Source: Candidatus Methanoperedens sp. (GTDB lineage: Archaea > Halobacteriota > Methanosarcinia > Methanosarcinales > Methanoperedenaceae). Taken from it: a stretch of 32,000 bases of DNA. The stretch is from the NCBI GenBank assembly GCA_041494705.1, contig JBGQBI010000005.1, positions 30,001-62,000 on the forward strand, given 5' to 3'. Below the pieces are notes generated by a model that worked only from the letters and a program-made list of their open reading frames with translations, was not told where the DNA came from and ran no database searches. Shown here one piece after another: positions 16,862 through 24,252 of this stretch. The translations under genes and the position numbers were made by a program. How positions within the stretch are numbered: position 1 is the first letter of the stretch; every line of letters begins with the position of its first letter.

Positions 16862-17440
16862 TTACCCGGTAATTACCACGCAATACATATCAGATTCGGG
16901 ATGCGGGGGTTTTTCAGTGGTTCCAGTATCTATCCGCTCATCAGGAAACCCAAGCCTTTCGCAAACTGAAATCCGCCTGGATAATTGGTGTGATTTTAGA
17001 AAGCCTGCAACTTCAACTGCGCCAAACGATGAATCCGGAAGAAGAAACACATTTTTCCCTGCTCCAAGCTCCATCAATAGCTGTTTTTTAACATTCCCGA
17101 TGTCACGCGAGTGCGCAGAAATCACAACGAGATTCTCAATATCAAGGCGCAGTCTTGCGCATGCCAGTTGCAGCGAAGAAATTCCCGGGATAATCTCGTC
17201 CCCATCCCGCGCATATTTCCCAAGACCTGAGAGCATCGGGTCACCTGTCGAAAGAACGACTGCGTTTTCTGGCAGCGATTTTAATGTATAATCCGAAATC
17301 TCGCGGACTTCGCATTTTATATGTTTCCTTGCAAGTTCAATCGCCCGTTTTGAGCCGTAAATTATTTCAGCGCTCTCGATTGCAGATATTGCTTCCTGCG
17401 TCAGGAGATTCGGGCCTGCGCCTACGCCCACAATTATCAT
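16862..17440 (-). CDS. cbiE: Cobalt-precorrin-7 (C5)-methyltransferase, a CbiE-type tetrapyrrole methylase.
   Basis: The ~190-aa TP_methylase fold starts [37 protein letters not shown]. An ATGA overlap (17437-17440) links it to the stop of cbiD upstream. Confidence 0.8.
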   Translation of the reverse strand: MIIVGVGAGPNLLTQEAISAIESAEIIYGSKRAIELARKHIKCEVREISDYTLKSLPENAVVLSTGDPMLSGLGKYARDGDEIIPGISSLQLACARLRLDIENLVVISAHSRDIGNVKKQLLMELGAGKNVFLLPDSSFGAVEVAGFLKSHQLSRRISVCERLGFPDERIDTGTTEKPPHPESDMYCVVITG

Positions 17441-18432
17441 CGTAAATCACCGCTGTCACGCAGTATTGTCCCGTCCCTGTTTAAAAGCACAACCCTTTTT
17501 CCTGAAGCCCTGACAGCCTCCATGAGCCCACGGTCGATGAGAGGATTATCAGGATTATCATCTATCATTTCCCGGACTGTGAGGTAGCCGCTGTCTTTTA
17601 AGAGTTCCGGGGATGACCATTTCAAAATCAGTCCCGCAAGTCCGCAGATTATTACTTCGCTATTATCTTTTGCTGCTGCCAGACCCCGGGAAATATCGCT
17701 TCCGATAAGTATAACGGTGTATTCAGGAAAAAGCATATGGGAAAAACGCATCCCAAGCCTGCCTGTCGTAAGGACAATTTTATCTGCATTCCGGATAAGC
17801 TCTTCTTTTGTCTCGCCAAGATGCTCATTCCACGGTTCCACAAATCCAGTGGTACCCAAAATCGATATTCCTCCTGTTATCCCGATTTTCTCATTCAGGG
17901 TTTTTTTTGCTATCTCTTTGCCTTTCGGGACAGAAATAGTGACATGAGCGCCCTTTAATCCTGTTTCTGCCAGTGCCTCTTTTACTGCTTCCTCTATCTG
18001 CCGCATCGGGGAAGGATTGATTGCAGGACTGCCTTTTTTGGAACCTATCCCGGCGCCGGCTTTTATTACAATGGTCTCATATTCCCTGGCTTCTGCGATA
18101 ATCTCAATTCCTCCTGTTACATCGGATGCATGGTCGCCAGCGTCTTTGATTGCGACAGCTTTCCCATGCGATACCTTGACTGGAAGAGTTACGCGTATCC
18201 CGATTGGGGTTGGGACAGATATTTCAGATACCTCTTTTTTCAATGACAGGACAGCCGCCTTTGCAGCAGCCGCAGCAGTTGTTCCTGTGGTGTAACCGCG
18301 CCGCAGGAGTGACCCGTCTGAAAGGAGCACATAGCGCCCGCTGGTTATACGTGCTTTTAGTTCTACAAGAGGCAATTTTACTCTTGCAATCCATTCTTCA
18401 GGGATTTGAAAATTATTAACCGGGTCAATCAT
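17437..18432 (-). CDS. cbiD: Cobalt-precorrin-5B (C1)-methyltransferase.
   Basis: The CbiD hallmark [18 protein letters not shown] is present and the C-terminal half is typical. I chose the start at ATG 18432 (MIDPVNNF). The track's extra 100 aa is Cys/Phe/Tyr-rich junk that overlaps the divergent flavodoxin gene. Confidence 0.9.
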   Translation of the reverse strand: MIDPVNNFQIPEEWIARVKLPLVELKARITSGRYVLLSDGSLLRRGYTTGTTAAAAAKAAVLSLKKEVSEISVPTPIGIRVTLPVKVSHGKAVAIKDAGDHASDVTGGIEIIAEAREYETIVIKAGAGIGSKKGSPAINPSPMRQIEEAVKEALAETGLKGAHVTISVPKGKEIAKKTLNEKIGITGGISILGTTGFVEPWNEHLGETKEELIRNADKIVLTTGRLGMRFSHMLFPEYTVILIGSDISRGLAAAKDNSEVIICGLAGLILKWSSPELLKDSGYLTVREMIDDNPDNPLIDRGLMEAVRASGKRVVLLNRDGTILRDSGDLR

Positions 18433-18528
18433 CGTTGTTCTATTGATTACTGTATCTATTATTAAGCATACTTTTTTCTCATAGAAAAAGTAGAAATACC
18501 ACGAATGATAATTATAATTTGCGGGAGC

Positions 18529-18957
18529 ATGCCAAAACTTGTAATAATCTATGGCACAGGTTCGCACAATACCGAGCGCATGGCGCATGCGATAGAGGAA
18601 GGCGCAAGAGAAGAAGGTGTAGAAACGGTCCTGAAAAACGTAAATGTTGCAAACAAGAATGACCTCAGAGAAGCAGATGCCATTGCAATAGGTTCGCCTA
18701 ATTATAACCATGCCATGATGCCCACTGTCCAAAAATTCCTGAATGGGCTTGCAGATATCGGGTTGTCAGGAAAAACCGGTCTTGCTTTTGGTTCTTATGG
18801 CTGGAGCTTTGAAGCGACAGAGGGGATTAACAATAAACTGGCATCGTATGGCGTGGAAATGATAAAGGATTTGAACATAAAGAGGATGCCGGGTGATGAA
18901 GAGCTTGAGATATGCAAAAGGGTTGGCTCATTGTTAGCATGTAAAATAAAGAAATAA
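18529..18957 (+). CDS. Flavodoxin-like FMN protein.
   Basis: [19 protein letters not shown]...[15 protein letters not shown]...LAFGSYGWS closely parallels the C-terminal flavodoxin domain of the FprA encoded downstream. I moved the start to the second Met (18529). Confidence 0.85.
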   Translation: MPKLVIIYGTGSHNTERMAHAIEEGAREEGVETVLKNVNVANKNDLREADAIAIGSPNYNHAMMPTVQKFLNGLADIGLSGKTGLAFGSYGWSFEATEGINNKLASYGVEMIKDLNIKRMPGDEELEICKRVGSLLACKIKK

Positions 18958-18966
18958 GGAGGCAAT

Positions 18967-19122
18967 ATGTGCAGCGTAGGAGATTCTTTCGGAATAGAGA
19001 TTGAAGGCGGCATGGAATCGCATGAATATGTGTGCAATCACTGCGGGAAGGAGTTCAAAGGGATTGGCGCAGGTCAGCGATGCCCGAAATGCCACTCGAC
19101 AGATGTCAGATGCACCGAATAA
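18967..19122 (+). CDS. Small (51 aa) CxxC...CxxC zinc-ribbon protein (FmdB-like), absent from the ORF track.
   Basis: My hand translation is MCSVGDSFGIEIEGGMESHEYVCNHCGKEFKGIGAGQRCPKCHSTDVRCTE. An AGGAGG lies 5 nt upstream of the ATG. The HEYxCxxCG...CPxC...V pattern resembles the CxxC_CxxC_SSSS zinc-ribbon family. The gene sits between the flavodoxin gene and fprA. Confidence 0.65.
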   Translation: MCSVGDSFGIEIEGGMESHEYVCNHCGKEFKGIGAGQRCPKCHSTDVRCTE

Positions 19123-19274
19123 GACCCCGTATTCAGTGCCTGTCACTTTAATCGATGAAAATGTGGAGTTTTTCGGCCTGCCTGACAGAAATAAGGCAAG
19201 AGAGGCTGTAAAAAGCAGTTAATAAAATCAATATCAATCCAAACTAATAGAATAGACAACCGGAGAGTGATAAA

Positions 19275-20465
19275 ATGGTCGTAGTATTAAAAGAAGGCGT
19301 GTACTGGGTTGGAGTCGTTGACTGGAACATCAAAAAGTTTCATGGTCATGAATATTCAACGCACAGGGGCACTACGTACAACGCTTACCTGGTAATCGAC
19401 AAAAAAATAGCACTTGTCGATACGGTCTGGGGTCCTTATTCCAGCCAGATGATAGAGAACATAAAGAAAATTATCGATGTCAGGAAAATTGATTATGTGA
19501 TAGCAAATCATGCCGAGGTTGATCATTCAGGCGGGCTTCCCGAGTTGATGAAGCTCATCCCAGATGCAACGGTGGTAGTCTCGGATAAGGGAAGAGAGAG
19601 TATTCCCAAACATTATCACCAGGACTGGAATTTCAAGGTCGTAAAAACCGGCGATAGCATAAGCCTCGGTGAAAACAGTCTTGTTTTTGTTACCGCTCCC
19701 ATGCTTCACTGGCCTGACAGCATGTTCACGTATCTTACTGGCAAGAATATCCTGATGCCCAATGACGCCTTCGGACAGCATTTCGCATCCTCAGGGCGCT
19801 TTAATGACGAAGTGGATATGATAGAAGTGTACCAGGAAGCCATTAAATTCTATGCAAATATCCTCACGCCTTTTTCCGACCTTGTTATCAGGAAAATTGA
19901 TGAATTCAAGAAATTGAACATTCCTGTGGATATCATCGCGCCAAGCCACGGGATTATCTGGAGGAAAGACCCACTGCAAATCGTGAATAAATATTATGAA
20001 TGGGCATCGGGGGGCAACGACGGCTCTGCTGTTATAATATACGATACCATGTGGAACGCAACTGAAAAGATGGCGCAGGCGATAGCAGAGGGGCTTTCGA
20101 AAGAAGGCGTGAAATTCAAGTTGTTCAATATGGCAGTGAGCGACCGCAACGATGTACTTACAGAGGTTTTCAAAACCAAAGGGATCATTATCGGTTCACC
20201 CACATTGAATAACGGTCTCCTGCCTACGATTAAGCCGATACTTGAGGATTTGAAAGGGTTAAAGTTCAAGAACAAGGTTGGCGCAGCTTTCGGGTCTTAT
20301 GGATGGAGCGGGGAGAATGTGAAGCTCATCGAGGAGACTCTTGAGAAAGCGAAGATAAAAATATTGCAGGAAGGTATTAAATTCAAGTGGCAGCCCACGG
20401 AGGAGGAGCTTGGGAAGTGCGTGGAGTTCGGGAGGAGCTTTGCGATGAAGATGAAGGCTGCATAA
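19275..20465 (+). CDS. fprA: Flavodiiron protein (F420H2 oxidase / FprA type) with a metallo-beta-lactamase-like domain plus a flavodoxin domain.
   Basis: The di-iron ligand region is NHAEVDHSGG. The N-terminal lactamase fold (YWVGVVDW...FHG...GTTYNAYL) and the C-terminal flavodoxin domain (AVIIYDTMWNATEKMA...[11 protein letters not shown]) are both present. Confidence 0.92.
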   Translation: MVVVLKEGVYWVGVVDWNIKKFHGHEYSTHRGTTYNAYLVIDKKIALVDTVWGPYSSQMIENIKKIIDVRKIDYVIANHAEVDHSGGLPELMKLIPDATVVVSDKGRESIPKHYHQDWNFKVVKTGDSISLGENSLVFVTAPMLHWPDSMFTYLTGKNILMPNDAFGQHFASSGRFNDEVDMIEVYQEAIKFYANILTPFSDLVIRKIDEFKKLNIPVDIIAPSHGIIWRKDPLQIVNKYYEWASGGNDGSAVIIYDTMWNATEKMAQAIAEGLSKEGVKFKLFNMAVSDRNDVLTEVFKTKGIIIGSPTLNNGLLPTIKPILEDLKGLKFKNKVGAAFGSYGWSGENVKLIEETLEKAKIKILQEGIKFKWQPTEEELGKCVEFGRSFAMKMKAA

Positions 20466-20493
20466 TAATTGAACGCAGATAAAGCTCCTGAAT

Positions 20494-20512
20494 TGCGCCT
20501 TGGGAAGGCGCA
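20494..20512 (+). terminator. Hairpin 29 nt downstream of the fprA stop codon.
   Basis: TGCGCC (20494-20499), loop TTGGGAA, then GGCGCA (20507-20512). No obvious T-tract follows, so the function is uncertain. Confidence 0.3.
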
Positions 20513-20768
20513 CATACGAATATGACAGGGAATATAGCCCTATTAAACGCTATATACAGGCCTCGTACATCGTACGGGGTTTATGGCTGCAGAGGATGGG
20601 TGTTTCATGCTCGGAGAGACAATGGGAGCCCAGAACAAATTCTTAAAATTAAAAATCGGGCGCACATTATTTCAGAAGATTTATATGCAATGGATTGAAT
20701 GAATAAATTGGCAGATTAACTAATTTATCAGTTATCTGGATTTACAGAATAAATAAAGAGGGATATAA

Positions 20769-21275
20769 ATGTTAATGCAGGGTGGAGGTGGTGGTGGATT
20801 TCCACCAAGGCTTAAGTTCAAATCATTTTTCTTTGTTTTGTTAGCATCAGACAAAGAGGGACGAGATAAGGTAATTTACGATACCTTTTTAGATGTAGGA
20901 AAGCATACGGAAGATACTTTTGTAAAGGTATACATACTCAAAGATGAGGGATTTGAGAGTTGTAGAAATTATTTTAAAATCAAAAATATTCCTGCTTTCG
21001 CTGTAACTACTGATTGCGAAATCAAAAACGACGAGATAAAATTTTCAGAAGATGGTCCTACGAATATTTTACTATTTAATCCAGGGTTTTTTATTGAAAA
21101 AATATCGCAATCACCCCAAAAATTAAGAGATGTTATTTATCAAATTCATCTGGCGTGTAGAGATAACCGTTTGAATGAGGTTAATAAGGAAATATTCATA
21201 GAAAAAATTAAAATCACTTTAGGAACTATTTGGAGCGAAATTAAAGGCAATGTTAATTTTTCAAAATCTCTGTAG
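20769..21275 (+). CDS. Hypothetical protein (168 aa) with a Gly6 N-terminal tract. First gene of the second AT-rich island.
   Basis: The ORF is preceded by AGAGGGA. A beta-strand-like FFFVLLASD start and the IKNIPAFAV element hint at a Rossmann or thioredoxin-like alpha/beta fold. I recognise no family. Confidence 0.55.
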   Translation: MLMQGGGGGGFPPRLKFKSFFFVLLASDKEGRDKVIYDTFLDVGKHTEDTFVKVYILKDEGFESCRNYFKIKNIPAFAVTTDCEIKNDEIKFSEDGPTNILLFNPGFFIEKISQSPQKLRDVIYQIHLACRDNRLNEVNKEIFIEKIKITLGTIWSEIKGNVNFSKSL

Positions 21276-21419
21276 GCGCAAGAAGTTAAAGAAAGATATA
21301 TAATGAACTTAAACCATTATTTTATTGGGGAAATCTACAGATTCATTTAACCCTCTTCATATAAAGTGCAGTTTATCTGAAGCGTGAAGGTCAAAACGAA
21401 GGATAAGTTAGAGGTTATT

Positions 21420-22808
21420 ATGGAATGCACAGATATTAAAGAACTAATGCCTGGAGCCACTTCTTGTGTGGAAAACTTTGTAAAAATAATCGAAGGGGAT
21501 AAGATTCTTATTATCACTGATAATCCAAAAATTGCAGAAGCTTTAGCTGAAGCCTCAGTCAAAGTTGGTGGAGAAGTCAATATCATTTATCTACCTCGTA
21601 TCATGAGGCCAATAAAGCACTTAAGCAATACTTTGAAGTCAATGATTTTGGGATCTGATGTTGTTTTTACACCTTTTGAAGCATTTAAGGACGAAAGGTC
21701 TTTCCGAAGAGAAATTTGTGAACTTGCTAAAGAGGGTGCTGGACGAAAAATTGCTCACATGATTGGATTTACAGAAGGTATGTTTCGTGGCCCAGGGATG
21801 CTAACTTTGAATTCTAAGGAAATGCAAAAAATGGTTGATCTTACAGAGAAATTGGCAGTTTTGCTAAGTGCTACTAAGAAAATTAAAATTCGTTCTGCAA
21901 TTCATGATGAAACGGAACTAAGTTTGGAATTAGAGGGTTGGAATCGCTCAGGGATAGTAAGCACGGGACATATTTTGAAAGGATCCTGGGGAAATCTGCC
22001 CTCAGGCGAGGCCTTCGTAGTGCCGAAAAAGGGTACAGCTAATGGAACAATAGTTGTAGATATGGCTATTTCAGAGCTGCCGAGTAGTGAATTACCTCTA
22101 ACGATGAAGATAACTCAGGGCAAAATTATTCTCGAATCCATAAAAGATGGAATATCACTAAAAAATCTTTTGAAAGATTATAGTGAAGATGCGAGAACAA
22201 TATGCGAATTTGGGATTGGAACTAATCCAAAGCCTTGTTATGGTTTTTCAGTAATCGAGATCGAAAAGATAATTAGGACAATTCATATAGCAATTGGAAG
22301 TAATTCTGTATTCGGTGGAGATATTAAAACTCAAGTTCCCCACACAGATATGGTCATTGCTAGACCTAATGTTTCGGCAGATAATCTCCTATCAAATGGA
22401 ACTGTTGATATTATTGAGGAGGGAACAATTATGGAGGAGCAAATCGATTCCTTTTTTAAGGTTAATTATACATGCTTTTCAAAAGAGTTAGATAGCTCTG
22501 CTTTTATAAAGGTTAAACAAGCGGTGACGGTCGAAGAGGAGGGGGATAAACTATACCGGTGTTGGAGCGATTTTAGAGGACATAAGCTACGGATTGCAAT
22601 TGGAGATGATGAAACTGCTATAGAAGTTAGAAAAGTTTGGAGTCTTATTGACTCGAAAAATATAGAGAAAGTAAAAGATGTTCTTCTAAAATTTGATAAA
22701 CGTTTTAAAGTAGATGGCGAACATGCTTATCAATTATTAAACGTGCTGGAAAAATTTGGAATAATAGATATTACTAAACATACGGTACCACCACCTCCGA
22801 ATGTTTGA
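21420..22808 (+). CDS. M29 (aminopeptidase T / AmpS-like) metallopeptidase domain fused to an unrecognised ~125-aa C-terminal module.
   Basis: The M29-like blocks are WGNLPSGEAFVVPKKGTANGTIVVD, CEFGIGTNPKP, IRTIHIAIGSN and VPHTDMVIARPNV. I chose the start at ATG 21420, with GAGGT 4 nt upstream, rather than the track's GTG 21384. The last ~125 aa (EEQIDSFFKV...VPPPPNV) lie beyond the peptidase fold. Confidence 0.7.
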   Translation: MECTDIKELMPGATSCVENFVKIIEGDKILIITDNPKIAEALAEASVKVGGEVNIIYLPRIMRPIKHLSNTLKSMILGSDVVFTPFEAFKDERSFRREICELAKEGAGRKIAHMIGFTEGMFRGPGMLTLNSKEMQKMVDLTEKLAVLLSATKKIKIRSAIHDETELSLELEGWNRSGIVSTGHILKGSWGNLPSGEAFVVPKKGTANGTIVVDMAISELPSSELPLTMKITQGKIILESIKDGISLKNLLKDYSEDARTICEFGIGTNPKPCYGFSVIEIEKIIRTIHIAIGSNSVFGGDIKTQVPHTDMVIARPNVSADNLLSNGTVDIIEEGTIMEEQIDSFFKVNYTCFSKELDSSAFIKVKQAVTVEEEGDKLYRCWSDFRGHKLRIAIGDDETAIEVRKVWSLIDSKNIEKVKDVLLKFDKRFKVDGEHAYQLLNVLEKFGIIDITKHTVPPPPNV

Positions 22809-22872
22809 GGAATATGCAAATAAATTTATGTCATTTTCATTGGAGTTTTCTATAATAAATTAAGGAGAAAAA

Positions 22873-23103
22873 ATGAACTTGCTTAATCTCGCAACGTTTC
22901 TTGCTTTATTAGTTGTAGGCTTGCAGTATATTATAAATCATTTTCTGGACTATTATCTTGAAAAGCATTGGATTAAGAGGGGAATTATTCCTGACTTGGC
23001 AAGAATAAAAGTCGAGGATTTTAATAGAAAGATGTGCTGGATGATTCTATTCATTTATATTGCAGCGATAGCCCTTGGCATAATAGGTTTGATAAGAGAA
23101 TAA
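22873..23103 (+). CDS. Small two-TM membrane protein (76 aa).
   Basis: AAGGAG lies upstream of the ATG. The two hydrophobic helices are LLNLATFLALLVVGLQYII and MCWMILFIYIAAIALGIIGLI. Confidence 0.6.
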   Translation: MNLLNLATFLALLVVGLQYIINHFLDYYLEKHWIKRGIIPDLARIKVEDFNRKMCWMILFIYIAAIALGIIGLIRE

Positions 23104-23244
23104 ATGTGACTTTGATTTCCTGAGCCTGAATTTTAAAACAGAGAACAAATAAACCTATGAAAATACAAAGCTCACGAGCATCCCCTGCTGATGCCCCGTT
23201 CCTCGGAACGGCGGTCGGTGGACGCAAAGGTTTAGCTTATATTC

Positions 23245-23457
23245 CTTCATATCAATCTCTGTGCAATGACTTCCCCCAAACCAAAAGCGCTCCTCATCGC
23301 AGGCACAGGCAGCGGCGTAGGAAAAACCACAGTCGCAATGGGACTGATGGCAGCCCTTGGCAAACATTATAAAATCCAGCCTTTTAAGGTCGGACCGGAT
23401 TTCATCGACCCAAGCCACCACACAAAGATAAGTGGGCGCCCATTCAGGAGTCTTGAC
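23245..23457 (+). repeat. Direct repeat copy A, a diverged duplicate of the cbiA promoter-proximal region plus its first 64 codons.
   Basis: It aligns to 24040-24252 at a constant offset of 795 bp. By my hand count, 159/192 coding positions are identical, and 113/120 in the core (codons 9-48). Weaker similarity (15/25) extends about 25 nt upstream of the start codon. Confidence 0.85.
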
Positions 23458-23502
23458 TGCATGCAAGCCAAAATCCATTCTTTAAAAAATGATATAATAT
23501 GA
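23266..23502 (+). pseudogene. Truncated cobyrinate a,c-diamide synthase 5' fragment (cbiA'): 64 homologous codons, then unrelated sequence.
   Basis: MTSPKPKALLIAGTGSGVGKTTVAMGLMAALGKHYKIQPFKVGPDFIDPSHHTKISGRPFRSLD matches the N-terminus of the full-length cbiA at 24061. Homology stops after CTTGAC (23457). The ORF's stop overlaps the next gene's ATG (ATGA, 23499-23502). Confidence 0.85.
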
Positions 23503-23774
23503 ACATTCGTTACTATATTGATCCCGAAACAGGTCTGCCCCATATCTACAGGCATGATGTGTCTGAGGATGAAGTGAAAGATGTTTTATTAAAGCCAGGC
23601 GAAGACCGTTCAGGCAGAGAAGGTTCACGGGTTGCTATAGGTCAGACCCGCAAAGGGCGTTATTTGAGAGTAATCTATGTTCCTGAACCAGAAAGTATTT
23701 TTGTCATAACTGCCTTTAATTTAAGTGGCAAACCATTAATGGCTTATAAACGCAGGAGCCGAAAGAAAAAATGA
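23499..23774 (+). CDS. Putative type II toxin (BrnT / DUF4258-like RelE-fold candidate), 91 aa.
   Basis: The pattern is ...HDVSEDEVKDVL...SRVAIGQTRKGRYLRVIYVPEPESIFVITAF...AYKRR. An ATGA overlap links it to a small acidic partner gene. I assigned the family from memory, so it is tentative. Confidence 0.55.
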   Translation: MNIRYYIDPETGLPHIYRHDVSEDEVKDVLLKPGEDRSGREGSRVAIGQTRKGRYLRVIYVPEPESIFVITAFNLSGKPLMAYKRRSRKKK

Positions 23775-24004
23775 AGAAAAATAAATTTCCAAAAGGCTGG
23801 GATGAAGAGAGAGTGAAGAGGGTTCTATCTCATTATGAAAAACAAACTGAAGACGAAGCCGTAGCAGAGGATGAGGCGGCTTATGAGACCAGAACCCAGA
23901 CAGCGATGGATATCCCGGTTCAATTAGTTCCTAAAGTGAGGGAACTTATCGCAAAGCATCAGGCATTACAGGATGTGGAAACAACAGCAGATAACATTGG
24001 GTAA
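23771..24004 (+). CDS. Putative cognate antitoxin, 77 aa.
   Basis: The start overlaps the toxin stop (ATGA, 23771-23774). The small acidic protein (KGWDEERVKRVLSHYEKQTEDEAVAEDEAAYE) has a short C-terminal segment of the kind often paired with BrnT/DUF4258-like toxins. Confidence 0.5.
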   Translation: MKKNKFPKGWDEERVKRVLSHYEKQTEDEAVAEDEAAYETRTQTAMDIPVQLVPKVRELIAKHQALQDVETTADNIG

Positions 24005-24039
24005 AAGAATCGATGCAAATGGATCTTTCTCTATGAAAT

Positions 24040-24252
24040 CTTCATGCCATTATCTTCGTAGTGATGCCAATTAAAACAAGCGCACTCCTCATCGCAGGCA
24101 CAGGCAGCGGCGTGGGAAAAACCACAGTCGCAATGGGATTGATGGCTGCCCTTGGCAAAAACTATAAAGTCCAGCCTTTCAAGGTCGGACCGGATTTCAT
24201 CGACCCTGGTCACCACACGCGCATCTGCGGGCGCCCTTCCCGGAATCTTGAC
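24040..24252 (+). repeat. Direct repeat copy B, the 5' region of the intact cbiA gene.
   Basis: This is the partner of 23245-23457 (see that entry). Confidence 0.85.

Noticed and set aside
18433-18732. N-terminal extensions in the track ORFs: cbiD (to 18732), the permease-PrsW fusion (to 30754), lhr (from 13780), the ABC ATPase (from 30534), the flavodoxin (from 18505), and the coiled-coil genes (to 7083 and 7756).
   Set aside because: The extensions overlap neighbouring genes or divergent promoters and have junk-like composition. Internal ATG starts give clean gene junctions (ATGA overlaps or 1-nt gaps) and canonical protein N-termini.
19001-19222. The 73-aa plus-strand track ORF between the flavodoxin gene and fprA.
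   Set aside because: It has no SD-like element and no motifs, and it overlaps in another frame the 51-aa CxxC/CxxC zinc-ribbon ORF, which has a perfect AGGAGG and a recognisable fold signature. I kept the zinc ribbon, though conservation analysis is needed to be sure.
20583-20702. A 39-aa ORF (MAAEDGCFMLGETMGAQNKF...) and a nearby 8-bp G-U-containing hairpin (about 20561-20579) at the left edge of the second AT-rich island.
   Set aside because: The ORF is very short, with no SD element and no motif. The hairpin is isolated. The evidence is insufficient to call a gene or an RNA.
20784-22798. A perfect 12-bp inverted repeat, GGAGGTGGTGGT (20784-20795) and ACCACCACCTCC (22787-22798). It encodes the Gly6 start of the first island gene and the Pro4 end of the second, and so appears to bracket a 2-kb unit like terminal inverted repeats.
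   Set aside because: A 12-mer inverted match somewhere in 32 kb is expected by chance many times over. The match does not extend beyond 12 bp, no transposase is enclosed, and no target-site duplication is visible. I treat it as coincidental low-complexity sequence unless the same ends recur elsewhere in the genome.
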